From assembly GCA_051003155.1 (NCBI GenBank), contig JBPCLO010000012.1:1-64000 (forward strand): a DNA stretch of 64,000 nucleotides, read 5' to 3'. The notes under the pieces are model-generated. The model saw nothing but the letters and a program-made list of their open reading frames with translations, searched no databases and was not told the origin of the DNA. This document shows, piece after piece, positions 19,437 to 29,205 of the stretch; position 1 is the first letter of the stretch, and each line of letters starts with the position of its first letter. This DNA comes from Fimbriimonadales bacterium (GTDB lineage: Bacteria; Armatimonadota; Fimbriimonadia; Fimbriimonadales; ATM1). The translations under genes were made by a program, and so were the position numbers.

Positions 19437-20396
19437 ATGGACAGAAACCTCGCCCTCGAATTCGTACGCGTCACCGAGGCCGCTGCGCTCTCTTGTGGAA
19501 TGTGGGTGGGGAAGGGAGATCGGAACGGCGCGGACCAAGCCGCCTGCGACGCCATGCGCACGACGCTCAACCAGCTCGATATCGATGGCCGCATCGTCAT
19601 CGGCGAGGGGGAGCGGGACGAGGCGCCGATGCTTTACATCGGCGAGGAGCTGGGCTCCAAGAACGGCCCCAGGGTGGAGATCGCGGTCGATCCTCTGGAG
19701 GGAACTAACCTCTGCGCCAACGGCGTCGCGAACGCGATCAGCGTCCTCGCGGCGGCGACCGAAGGTGAGGGCACGCTCATGCACGCCCCGGATTGCTACA
19801 TGGACAAGCTCGTGGTAGGCGAGGGCGCCAAGGGCGCGATCGACATCACGCTCCCGCCCGCGGTCAACCTGCGTATGATCGCGAAGTGCCTCGATAAGGA
19901 CGTCCAAGAGCTGACCGTAGGCATCCTCGACCGGCCGCGCCACGAAAGGCTCGTCGCCGAGATTCGCAGGGCAGGTGCGCGGATCCGGCTCGTGACCGAC
20001 GGCGACATCACGTTGGCCATTGCAGCCATCGATCCGATGACCGGCATCGATGCGCTCTTCGGAATCGGAGGCGCTCCGGAAGGCGTCATCACCGCCGCCG
20101 CGGTCCGTTGCGTGGGTGGTGACATGCAGGCCAAGCTGATCTTTCGCAACAGCGATGAGCGTGAGCGGGCCAAGGAAATGGTGACTGGCGACCTTGACCG
20201 CGTTCTTTTGACCGAGGACCTCGCTGCCGGCAATGTGATGTTTGCGGCGACCGGCATCACGAGCGGCGATCTGCTGCGCGGCGTCCGCTACGTGGCCGAT
20301 GGTGCGCACACCGAATCCGTCGTCATGCGCTCCACCACCGGCACCGTCCGCAACATCCACACTCGCCACAGATTCGACGGCGGGCCGCGGTACTAG
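19437..20396 (+). CDS. glpX: Fructose-1,6-bisphosphatase class II
   Basis: VTEAAA, IGEGERDEAPMLYIGE, DPLEGT, GGAPEGV. Confidence 0.97.
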   Translation: MDRNLALEFVRVTEAAALSCGMWVGKGDRNGADQAACDAMRTTLNQLDIDGRIVIGEGERDEAPMLYIGEELGSKNGPRVEIAVDPLEGTNLCANGVANAISVLAAATEGEGTLMHAPDCYMDKLVVGEGAKGAIDITLPPAVNLRMIAKCLDKDVQELTVGILDRPRHERLVAEIRRAGARIRLVTDGDITLAIAAIDPMTGIDALFGIGGAPEGVITAAAVRCVGGDMQAKLIFRNSDERERAKEMVTGDLDRVLLTEDLAAGNVMFAATGITSGDLLRGVRYVADGAHTESVVMRSTTGTVRNIHTRHRFDGGPRY

Positions 20397-20591
20397 GTAA
20401 GGGCTCTAACATCATCCTTGACACCGCGGTCACGCCCTGACTACCCACAATCAAGGATGGATTCTGAAAGATCAGGGCAGGATTTAGCTTCGGAGGGCGG
20501 CGCTTCGAGAAGCCTATGGAGCGGGAAACTCAAACCCCTTTCCTGCCATAATTGGACACCCTCCCAAGAGACAAAGGAGTCCTAATCACGC

Positions 20592-21515
20592 ATGAAAGTT
20601 AGCATCATCGGCGGCGGTGGCCGCGTCGGCTCGAACGCCGCATTCGCCCTCCAACTGGGAGGCATCGTCAAAGAAATCGTGATCAGCGACATGAACGCCG
20701 AGATGGCGGAAGGCGAGGCCCTCGACCTACGCCACGGCTCGTCGCTCACCGCCCCCCAGATCATCACCTCGGGCGGCTACGAAGCTGTCGAAGGCAGCGA
20801 CTGCGTGGTCATCACCGCCGGTCTACGCCGCAAGCCCGACGAGAGCCGACTGGAGCTCATCAACCGGAACATGACGCTTTTCAAAGACATCCTCGGCAAC
20901 CTCAAAGCCGTGAAACTTGCCGAAAACGCCACGATCCTCGTGGTCAGCAACCCAGTCGACATTCTAACCCAGCTCGCCGTAGCAGAGGCGGGCCTTCCGG
21001 AATCTCGCGTCCTCGGCCTCGGGACTGTGCTCGACACCTGCCGATTCCGCTCGCTCCTCGCAGACCATTTCAAAGTCGGCGCAACCGACGTCCACGCGCT
21101 GATCCTCGGCGAGCATGGCGACAGTATGGTCCCGATTTGGAGCAGCGCCACCGTGAACGGAACTCGAATCAGCGGCCTACCCGGCTACGACCAAGCGACC
21201 GCCGAAGGCATTTTCGAATTTACTAAGAAGAGTGGGGCCGAAGTTATTCGCTTGAAGGGCGGGGCGGGCTGGGCGGTCGGCGTCTCGATCAAGGAAGTGG
21301 TCGAAGCCATCGCCTTGAACAGCGAGAAGATGCTCCCGGTAAGCTCGATGCAAAACGGCGCGCTCGGGATCAGCGGCATTTGCCTTTCGCTCCCTACCAT
21401 CGTGGGCCGCAAGGGCGTCCATAGCGTGATCAGCCCGGCCGTCTCCGACATCGAGCGCGAACTACTCCTCAAGTCGCAGTCGTCGCTGAAGGAAGTCTGG
21501 GACAAGGTGGCGTGA
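20592..21515 (+). CDS. Lactate/malate dehydrogenase family protein
   Basis: GGGGRVG, ITAGLRRKP, VSNPVD, LDTCRF, GEHGDS. Confidence 0.92.
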   Translation: MKVSIIGGGGRVGSNAAFALQLGGIVKEIVISDMNAEMAEGEALDLRHGSSLTAPQIITSGGYEAVEGSDCVVITAGLRRKPDESRLELINRNMTLFKDILGNLKAVKLAENATILVVSNPVDILTQLAVAEAGLPESRVLGLGTVLDTCRFRSLLADHFKVGATDVHALILGEHGDSMVPIWSSATVNGTRISGLPGYDQATAEGIFEFTKKSGAEVIRLKGGAGWAVGVSIKEVVEAIALNSEKMLPVSSMQNGALGISGICLSLPTIVGRKGVHSVISPAVSDIERELLLKSQSSLKEVWDKVA

Positions 21516-21567
21516 GGTTACTGAAGTCTGCCATGCTCGATCCAGACCGCTTCCCAAGGGAGGGAAA

Positions 21568-22902
21568 ATGAGAAGGCGTAAATCTTCCGCGCGAAGCCTA
21601 TTTTGCTTAGCATTAGTGACAACTATCGACATAGTCGTGGCGTCGTCCGCATCTGCTCAGGCGGAGGAGTGGGTGGCACGCTACAACGGGCCGGCGAACA
21701 GTGAGGATGTCGCCTCTGCCATAGCCTTGGATTCCTCGGGCAACTCGTACGTTACGGGCGATTCCTGGGGTGTCGACTTCGACTACGGCACGGTGAGCTA
21801 CGACTCCGCGGGCAACCAACGGTGGGTGGCGCGCTACAACGGCTCGAACCTTGGTGATTACGCCAGGGCCATAGCTGTGGATTCCTCAGGCAACTCGTAC
21901 GTTACGGGCAATTCCTTTGGTGTCAGCGATGACTACGTCACAGTGAGCTACGACTCAGCGGGCAACCGGCGGTGGGTGGCGCGCTACAACGCGCCGGGGA
22001 ACGGTTACGATATCGCCGAGGCGATAGCTGTGGATTCCTCAGGCAACACGTACGTTACGGGGTATTCCGTAGGTGCCGGCAGCAGCACCGACTACGCCAC
22101 GGTGAGCTACGACTCAGCGGGCAACCAGCGGTGGGTAGCGCGCTATAACGGCCTGGCGAACGGTTCCGATTTCGCCGAGGCCATAGCTGTGGATTTCTTT
22201 GGCAACTCGTACGTTACGGGCTATTCCACGGGTTTCAGCAGCGGCGACTACGCCACGGTGAGCTACGACCCTGCCGGCAACCAGCGGTGGGTGGCGCGCT
22301 ACGCCCCGGGGAACGGCCTCGATCACGCCTTTGCCATAGCTGTGGATTCCTCAGGCAACTCGTACGTTACAGGCCTTTCCTGGAGTTGGAGTGGCGGCAA
22401 CAATGACTACGCCACTATTCGCTACTCCCCCGGCACGCACACGCCTCCAGAGTCCTTCATCGTCACACGCGGCGTGCTGCAAAGCGGTGGGCTGGCGGAG
22501 CTGCTTCGGAGCGATGACAAGTGGATGGTGATGCAGCAGAGGCACCCGTTCTCCGCCGTTGACCCGAACGTGCAGCTTGTGGTGCAGGCTACCGCGCCTA
22601 CTCGAGCTCCAACATCCCTGAGGTTTAGAATGGAGGCATCCTGCTCGGGCGTGCCGAGTAGCAACGTTCCGCAGCTGATCGAGCTGTACAACTATCAAAC
22701 GAGCCAATGGGAGCAGGTTGACCAGAGTCCTTCCCACACATCCGATTGGGCTGTGGGTGTAACGGTGACGACCAATCCAGCTCGCTTCGTGCAGCCACTC
22801 ACGGGTCAAATGAGAGCGCGGCTGAGCTGGTTCGACAGGGGCGTTGCGAGCCTCGCCTGGGGCTCCGCGATTGACCAGACGATCTGGATCGTAGCGCATT
22901 AG
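21568..22902 (+). CDS. Secreted SBBP-type beta-propeller repeat protein with C-terminal beta-rich domain
   Basis: Five ~50-aa repeats WVARY...AIAVDSSGNSYVTG...DYATVSY. Confidence 0.85.
   Translation: MRRRKSSARSLFCLALVTTIDIVVASSASAQAEEWVARYNGPANSEDVASAIALDSSGNSYVTGDSWGVDFDYGTVSYDSAGNQRWVARYNGSNLGDYARAIAVDSSGNSYVTGNSFGVSDDYVTVSYDSAGNRRWVARYNAPGNGYDIAEAIAVDSSGNTYVTGYSVGAGSSTDYATVSYDSAGNQRWVARYNGLANGSDFAEAIAVDFFGNSYVTGYSTGFSSGDYATVSYDPAGNQRWVARYAPGNGLDHAFAIAVDSSGNSYVTGLSWSWSGGNNDYATIRYSPGTHTPPESFIVTRGVLQSGGLAELLRSDDKWMVMQQRHPFSAVDPNVQLVVQATAPTRAPTSLRFRMEASCSGVPSSNVPQLIELYNYQTSQWEQVDQSPSHTSDWAVGVTVTTNPARFVQPLTGQMRARLSWFDRGVASLAWGSAIDQTIWIVAH
21670..22425 (+). repeat. Coding tandem repeats (~150-160 nt unit, 5 copies)
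   Basis: Near-identical GGATTCCTCAGGCAACTCGTACGTTACGGG and GGTGGGTGGCGCGCTAC blocks recur in frame. Confidence 0.85.
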
Positions 22903-23078
22903 CAGCATCAGCCACAGAGGTGAGTGTAGGGCGGCCGGGTGGCCGGGGCCAAGTCACGCGGGTGAAAACGCGGACGTCGTGACGGCCTATCGGACCCGAT
23001 ATCGTCAATCTTAGACACAATGCTGTCGATATTCGAGCCTCTATCGTCGATTCCCGGCAGTCTAAGGTCTAAAGAGTC

Positions 23079-24311
23079 ATGACCGCGGAGATCGTCGCTA
23101 TCGGAACTGAAATCCTTCTGGGAGACATCGCCGATACCAACTCGCAGGTCCTGGGCAAAATTCTGGCGGCGCACGGCATCGGCCACACCCGCCGAACCAC
23201 CGTCGGCGATAACCTTGAACGGTGCGTCGCAGCCATCAAGGAAGCACTCGATCGCAGCGACATCGTATTCACGATCGGCGGCCTCGGACCCACTCAGGAC
23301 GACATAACGCGAGGAGCCATCGCGGCGGCCATCGGCGAGAAACTCGTGGTAGACGACGCCGTAGAGCAACAAATTCGAGAGTTCGTCGAGGCGCGGAACG
23401 TTCGCTGGGTCGATGCTATGGCACGCCAAGCTACGAAGCCGGAAACAGCGCGTCTCATCGACAATCCCGTTGGAACGGCACCGGGGATACTCTGGGAGCG
23501 AAGCGGCAAGGCCATCATCGCCTTGCCTGGGCCGAGGAATGAATTCACGGCTATGGCGGAGCGGCCGATTACGGATTATCTGGCGAGGCGCTCCGAAGGG
23601 TCGATTCTGTCGCGGACGTTGCGCATCGTCGGCCTGCCCGAGATCTCCGTCGAGGAAACTGTGCGAGACCTCATGGACTCAGCAAACCCGACCGTCGCCC
23701 CGTATGCAAAAAGCGGAGAGGTCCACTTGCGGATTACTGCGAGCGCGGCTACTGAGGGCGAGGCACGCAAGCTCATTGCGCCCTTGGAGACAGCCATTCG
23801 CGAGCGGTTCGGCAAGGCCTGCTTCGGGGCCGATGACGAAGACCTTCCATCCGCCGTCCTTCGGCTTCTCCAGACTACGAGGCGAACGCTTGCCACTGCC
23901 GAAAGCTGCACTGGAGGGATGCTAGGCGAGCGCCTCACCAGCATTCCCGGCGCTTCGGCCACTTACATCGGTGGTGCGATTGTGTATACAAACCAGATGA
24001 AGGCTCGCCTCCTCGGAGTCGCGAAGACCGACATGAATCAGCACGGCGCGGTGAGCGAAACGGTCGCGCGACAGATGGCAGAAGGCGTGAGGCGAACCAC
24101 GTCGGCAGACTACGGAGTCGCGATTACCGGCGTCGCCGGGCCGGGAGGTGGCACCGAAGAGAAGCCCGTTGGCCTGGTCTACATCGCGGTTGCCGGCCCT
24201 CGAGGAACACAGGTTAGAGAAGACAGGTTTCGCGGCGATCGCGAGACGATCCGCTACCGTTCAACGCAGGTCGCGCTTCAGATGCTGCGCGACGAGCTGC
24301 TTAGCGGCTGA
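23079..24311 (+). CDS. cinA: Competence/damage-inducible protein CinA (MoCF-biosynthesis domain + PncC domain)
   Basis: IGTEILLG, GGLGPTQDD, ATAESCTGG, ITGVAGP, KPVGLV. Confidence 0.95.
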   Translation: MTAEIVAIGTEILLGDIADTNSQVLGKILAAHGIGHTRRTTVGDNLERCVAAIKEALDRSDIVFTIGGLGPTQDDITRGAIAAAIGEKLVVDDAVEQQIREFVEARNVRWVDAMARQATKPETARLIDNPVGTAPGILWERSGKAIIALPGPRNEFTAMAERPITDYLARRSEGSILSRTLRIVGLPEISVEETVRDLMDSANPTVAPYAKSGEVHLRITASAATEGEARKLIAPLETAIRERFGKACFGADDEDLPSAVLRLLQTTRRTLATAESCTGGMLGERLTSIPGASATYIGGAIVYTNQMKARLLGVAKTDMNQHGAVSETVARQMAEGVRRTTSADYGVAITGVAGPGGGTEEKPVGLVYIAVAGPRGTQVREDRFRGDRETIRYRSTQVALQMLRDELLSG

Positions 24312-24974
24312 CTACCAGTATTTCCAATCGCCCTGCGTAACCACATAGATTCCGAGGGCTAAGTTGGTAACAGCGTGAGCAACGATGCAGGCGAAGATGC
24401 TCTTCGAATACTTCACCAAGAGCCCCATCGCAGCCGCGAAAATCGCTGCCACAAGCCACTCCGAGTGAGCCGCCGCGAACAGCCCGACCATGATCGCGAA
24501 ACCAGTCCAAGTAAATGTACCGATCGGGAGAGTCCAGAAGTCCGGCTTGCTCGCGTAACGTACGACGAACGATCGCCAGAATAGCTCTTCCATGATCGGC
24601 ACCAGAAGCACCAGCCCGATAAAACGGACCGCTAGGAACACCGACCTAAGCCCGTCGTCCGCAATCTTCTCGTAAGGGTTGAAGCCTGTCCTGGAGCCTA
24701 AGAAGTGCGGATAGGCTACGTTCTTGTCGACCCAAATCCAGACTGCGCACAGAGTCAACCCCACAACAACTGAAGGTACGATCCATTTCGGTTCGAACCG
24801 AATGTCCTTCCACGTCTCGCGGAAGTAAAACAGCGCCGCACCGGTGAGCAGCACCTTGACGAAATAGATCCAAACATAATGCTCTTCGAGCTGGCCCTCG
24901 AGGGCGGTGATGCCCAAAAAAATCGCCATCGGGGCGACATAGGGGAGCCAGGAAGTGCGCGCAGAGGTGTCCAA
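24312..24974 (-). CDS. CAAX prenyl protease-related (CPBP/Abi) membrane protein
   Basis: PIMEELFWR, FAAAH, AHAVTNLAL. Confidence 0.88.
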   Translation of the reverse strand: MDTSARTSWLPYVAPMAIFLGITALEGQLEEHYVWIYFVKVLLTGAALFYFRETWKDIRFEPKWIVPSVVVGLTLCAVWIWVDKNVAYPHFLGSRTGFNPYEKIADDGLRSVFLAVRFIGLVLLVPIMEELFWRSFVVRYASKPDFWTLPIGTFTWTGFAIMVGLFAAAHSEWLVAAIFAAAMGLLVKYSKSIFACIVAHAVTNLALGIYVVTQGDWKYW

Positions 24975-25124
24975 GGTCCGATTGTATCAGAAAGACTACA
25001 GTATGTAGACTGGCAGACTCGGGGTGAAAGAATGCGGGTTAGCACCATACAGTCGACCAGGAGCCCGTCCTGCAGAGCGAAGACGGATTTTGATCACCTC
25101 GATCTCCGGTCTCCAAGTCTCCCT

Positions 25125-26216
25125 CTACCGCCCGGTCAGGTAATTCGGGCCGAAGAAGGTGGCTTGCGGGGCGACGGTGTCTTTGGATTTGGGCGCCATG
25201 ACGAAGGCGAACTTGATAGGGAACTTGCCCGCCGGCTCGTTCGGCGTATGCGTGCTTCTCCCCCAGGCAGTAGCATCCGCAAAGCCTTTGAAATCCGCAA
25301 CCTCGTCGCCGGCGAGCCTGACCTTGGCAGTCAGCTTGCCCTGCAACGCGCGGCGCTTGTCGTCGGTGTGCATGGCGAACGAGCCTTCGATCGTAACCGA
25401 GTCTCCAGCACGCGTCGCCTTGAAAGAACGCTTCCGAACCTCGTTGACCTGCCACATGTCAGGTTCACCGCGAACGGCGTCGTTGAACACGAACCTGCAC
25501 AAGCGCAACTGCAGCGATTCAGCTACTTCGCCTGCCGCAAGCGCCTCGATCTCGGACCGCAGGAGCCAGAAGTGGTCGCGCTGCACGGCTTCGTTCTCCG
25601 GCGGAGCGCCCTTGGGCAGAGGCGTGATGCGCTGATAAATCCTTAGCACCACTGTGCCGGGAGGTGGGTCCGGAATGCCGTCATCCTGGACGGAAACGGC
25701 ATCGATCTTCGGCGCTGCGGCTCGATAGCTTTCGAGGCCTGCCTTCATGAAATCGAGGACCCGCTGGAGGTCCCGGTTGTTGTTCCAGCCGTAGGCTCCC
25801 CCGGCGGCATCGATGATGTAAAAGCCCTGGGTCGTCTCGTTCCGTTCGCCCCGCGCGTTCACTGCTCGGATCGTGTCCATATACCACTTCGATTCGGGGC
25901 TCTTCCTCCATTGCAGGTTGTGCGTGTTGCCGGCGTAGGGCACGAACTGTGCCAGCTGTTCGATCACGCGGTTATCCGAAAAGAGGTACCGACGGTACCA
26001 CTGGCCGTTGTTTCACGTGCAGCCCATCGGGTGGCCGTTCATGATGAACATGAAGATCGGCTTGCCGGACTTTTGGGCATCGGAGCGCGCCTGCGACAAG
26101 TTGAGTCGCCACGGTATCGAAAGACATTTATCTTCCGCGGCGGTGGGGAGAAGCTCGGCGATCTGCGCATCCATCGACCCCTGGGCCAAAACGCAGACGA
26201 TTAGTGTCGCAAGCAT
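25125..26216 (-). CDS. Putative secreted thioredoxin-like selenoprotein (in-frame TGA at 26013-26015 read as Sec)
   Basis: ORFs 26013..26225 and 25125..25967 share a frame joined by TGA plus 15 sense codons: ...GKPIFMFIMNGHPMGCT-U-NNGQWYRRYLFSDNRVIEQLAQFV; hairpin downstream. Confidence 0.7.
25982..26002 (-). promoter_or_regulatory. Candidate bacterial SECIS element
   Basis: mRNA AGUGGUACC-GUC-GGUACCUCU; apical loop begins GU and lies 19 nt after the UGA. Confidence 0.55.
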
Positions 26217-26280
26217 ATTGACCATTGTATCTCTTTGTCGCCACCCTCTGCTGGATGTTGAGCGTCCTCGCGAAACCGGT

Positions 26281-26835
26281 TCAGACTTCCATCAGCTCCG
26301 CGTCCTTCTTCTTCTGCAGAACGTGGATCTCTTCTACGAATTTATCTGTGAGCTTTTGCACCTCGACCTCGAGTCGCTTGAGCTCGTCCTCGCTGATGTC
26401 CTTGGCCTTCTCGGCCTTCTTCAAATGGTCGATCGCGTCGCGACGCACGTTGCGCACGGCGACGCAGCCATCCTCCGCCCTGGCATGAACCTGCTTCACC
26501 ATCTCCTTGCGGCGCTCCTCTGTCATTTGCGGAATCGTGAGGCGGATGCCATGGCCGTCGGTGATCGGGTTGATGCCCAGGTCGCTCTTCTGGATCGCGC
26601 GCTCTATGCTTTGCGTCAGGCTCTTATCGAACGGTTGGATCAGCAACTGCCGCGGCTCGGGGACGCTGATGTTCGCAAGCTGGTTGATCGGCATGGGTGT
26701 GCCGTATGCCTCTAGTTCGATTCGGTCGAGCATAGCGGGGTTGGCCCGCCCGGTTCGAATGGTTTGAAAATCGCGGTGAGCGGCCTCCACGGCATGGCTC
26801 ATCCTGTCCCTGGCATCGTTCACAAAGTCTTTCAT
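26281..26835 (-). CDS. frr: Ribosome recycling factor
   Basis: IRTGRANP, DLGINP, TEERRKE, VRNVRRDA. Confidence 0.98.
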   Translation of the reverse strand: MKDFVNDARDRMSHAVEAAHRDFQTIRTGRANPAMLDRIELEAYGTPMPINQLANISVPEPRQLLIQPFDKSLTQSIERAIQKSDLGINPITDGHGIRLTIPQMTEERRKEMVKQVHARAEDGCVAVRNVRRDAIDHLKKAEKAKDISEDELKRLEVEVQKLTDKFVEEIHVLQKKKDAELMEV

Positions 26836-26900
26836 GGTGGCTTCTCAATACTTAGCATATCTTGGCGAAGTAATGTTGGGGAGCGCGCTATGACAATATC

Positions 26901-27053
26901 ATGCCCATCAAGTGCGCACTATTCGAGAACAACCTCACGACCGACCCGAACGACCACGCGGCCCAGGTGCAGATCACCGGCAGCGCGGGCCTCGAGCAGA
27001 TCGCCGATCTCAAGAGCAAACTAAAAGCGGACGGTGTCCAGTTGCATTGTTGA
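26901..27053 (+). pseudogene. N-terminal fragment of an HU/IHF-like DNA-binding-domain protein
   Basis: MPIKCALFENNLTTDPNDHAAQVQITGSAGLEQIA (50 codons, below the ORF-track cutoff); family assignment from recall of the L.EN.LT.DP.DY.A pattern. Confidence 0.45.
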
Positions 27054-27624
27054 GGGTGCCGGTTGGATCGTCGCGGCGGCTTGATGTAAACCACTCCCAT
27101 GCCCAGGATCCCTGGCAAGCACCGGCCGATGCTGACGGTCTACATCGGTCAGGGCGGAATCTGAGGGGGTAGGATGGCGCAGTGGACATCTTTGCGATCA
27201 TTGGCTCGATCGTATTAGGGTTGGTCGCGTTGTTCGGCGTCGGGTTACTGCTCACAAGAAGCCATGACGGCGGCGTTCGGTGATGATGCATGTTGCGGGC
27301 TGGGCGATGCTACTAACGTAGGGTGTTGTCGCCTTCCTGCCGATCTCCAATCTCTTTGTCCTGCTGGCACTTCCGCTCTCATTATTACTGCCGACGGCGC
27401 TGATAAGCGGCAGGGCGGCCGTTTGCATGCCGAACTTGCGAAAAACTAGAGGCGGAGTCGCAGCGAACCGAAGTGCCGGTAGCGAAGCTGGTGCAAGAGG
27501 ACTTGCGCCGCAGAGGATTCGTGCCCGCTGAGCCTGAGGATGAGGAGCCGGGCGGGGCCACCTGACCAAACGGCTGGCGCCCTGGATAACCACTATGGCT
27601 TCCGTCAGCGCCAAGATCCGTGAG

Positions 27625-28350
27625 CTACACTAAGCCGGAGACCAGAGTGCCGACGGGCTCGCCTCGGGCGGCTGCCGCGATAGCGCCGGGCTCGTGGATG
27701 CTTAGGACGATCACGGGCATGTTGTGCTCGCGGCACATCGTGAAAGCGGTCTGATCCATCACGCCGAGCTGGCGCGAAATCGCCTCTCCGAACGTCAAGG
27801 TCTCGTACTTCTTCGCGCCGTCGTGCCTCTTGGGATCGGCGTCGTAAACCCCGTCGACCTGGGTGGCCTTGACGATCGCGTCGCAGCCGAGCTCAAGAGC
27901 GCGGAGGGCCGCGGCGGTGTCGGTTGTGAAAAACGGGCTGCCCGTGCCAGCGGCCAGCACGACCACGCGCTTCTTCTCCAAATGCCGGATGGCGCGGCGG
28001 CGGATGAACGGCTCGCAAACGGCGTGAATGGTCACGGCGCTCATGACCCGCGTCTTCGGGCCGATCTTTTCGATGGCCTCCTGCAAGGCGAGCGAGTTCA
28101 CGATGGTGCCCAGCATGCCCATCTGGTCCGCGACCGACTGATCGATTCCGCCTTCCTTGCTGAAGCTCTCTCCGCGGATGAGGTTGCCGCCGCCCACGAC
28201 GATGGCCGTCTCGACTCCCGCCTCGTGGAGCTTCGCCACCTCCTGTGCAATGTAGTTGACGGTTTGGGCGTCGAGGCCGAAGCGTTCCTCTCCGGCAAAG
28301 GCTTCGCCGGAGAGCTTGAGCAGGATTCGGCTTAGCTTGGGCCTATCCAA
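27625..28350 (-). CDS. pyrH: UMP kinase
   Basis: RILLKLSGEA, GGGN, ADQMGML, FFTTDTAAALRA. Confidence 0.98.
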   Translation of the reverse strand: MDRPKLSRILLKLSGEAFAGEERFGLDAQTVNYIAQEVAKLHEAGVETAIVVGGGNLIRGESFSKEGGIDQSVADQMGMLGTIVNSLALQEAIEKIGPKTRVMSAVTIHAVCEPFIRRRAIRHLEKKRVVVLAAGTGSPFFTTDTAAALRALELGCDAIVKATQVDGVYDADPKRHDGAKKYETLTFGEAISRQLGVMDQTAFTMCREHNMPVIVLSIHEPGAIAAAARGEPVGTLVSGLV

Positions 28351-29200
28351 CGCTGGTGTCGACCGGGGTCTTGCCGGCCTCGAGTCGAACCATTCTGTGT
28401 ATCTTCACGTCGCCGATCATCTCGCCGACCTTCTTGCTCAGGTCTGCGTACCACGGCTGCTCCAGGAGCACAACCTGCTGGAGGAACTCCTTGTGGACGC
28501 GGCCCTGGGCGATCTTCTCGGCCATTGCGGCGGGTTTGCCGCTCTCGATCGCGCGCTGCTTCTCGAGGTCGATTTCCCGGGCCAATCGGTCGGCGTCCAC
28601 CTGGTCCTTGCTGATGTACTCGGGCGAGAGGGCGACGACCTGTGTGCCCACCTTGTTCGCGATTTCCTGAGCTGCGCCGTTGCCTCCGCTCGCCGAGACC
28701 AGGGCCGCCTTCATCTTGTCGTGATGCAGATACACGCCGATGCTCTCGCCTTCGATGTGCTTGACGCCGCCGAGCTGGATGTTCTCGCGAATCTTGGCGA
28801 CAGCTTCTTCGATCAGTTCCTGAACGGCCTTGCCGTCAACGCTTGCATTCAGCGGGTTCGCGCCTGGGTCGTTCTGCGCGAACGCATCGGCCAGCTTCTG
28901 GGCGAGCGCCTGGAAGTCCTCGTTGCGGGCGACGAAGTCCGTCTCGCAAAGGAGTGTGACCGCCGCGGCCGCGTTGGCGGATCGCGACACGGCGATAACG
29001 CCCTGGCTCACCGTGCGGTCGGCGCGCTTGCCTGCGTGCGTCTTATCGCTCTCGCGCAGGATTACCAAGGCGCGCGCATAGACGGCGTCCTCGTCCGCGC
29101 CGATCTCCTCGGCGGCCCGCTGGAGGGCGCGCTTGCATTCCATCAGGGGCGCGTCGGTCTCGTCGCGAAGTCTCTTAACTAGTGTTGCCGTGATTTCCAT
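28343..29200 (-). CDS. tsf: Elongation factor Ts
   Basis: VKRLRDET..LMECKRAL, CETDFVA, LLEQ. Confidence 0.97.
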   Translation of the reverse strand: MEITATLVKRLRDETDAPLMECKRALQRAAEEIGADEDAVYARALVILRESDKTHAGKRADRTVSQGVIAVSRSANAAAAVTLLCETDFVARNEDFQALAQKLADAFAQNDPGANPLNASVDGKAVQELIEEAVAKIRENIQLGGVKHIEGESIGVYLHHDKMKAALVSASGGNGAAQEIANKVGTQVVALSPEYISKDQVDADRLAREIDLEKQRAIESGKPAAMAEKIAQGRVHKEFLQQVVLLEQPWYADLSKKVGEMIGDVKIHRMVRLEAGKTPVDTSVG

Positions 29201-29205
29201 ATTGT

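Noticed and set aside
19329..20369. Long antisense ORFs (e.g. opposite glpX, prs, glmU, E1, tsf)
   Set aside because: Shadow frames expected from GC-rich codon bias opposite well-conserved genes
21670..22425. Regularly spaced near-identical DNA repeats as a CRISPR array or DGR template
   Set aside because: They are in-frame propeller-blade repeats of ~150 nt with conserved intervening sequence; no cas or reverse transcriptase genes
22990..23060. Weak 21-nt periodicity (IDDRGS/IDSIVS/IDDIGS on the - strand)
   Set aside because: Only three degenerate units and no supported gene
27048..27090. C-TGA-G-C as a second selenocysteine site
   Set aside because: The frame closes about 10 codons later, there is no redox fold and no convincing hairpin
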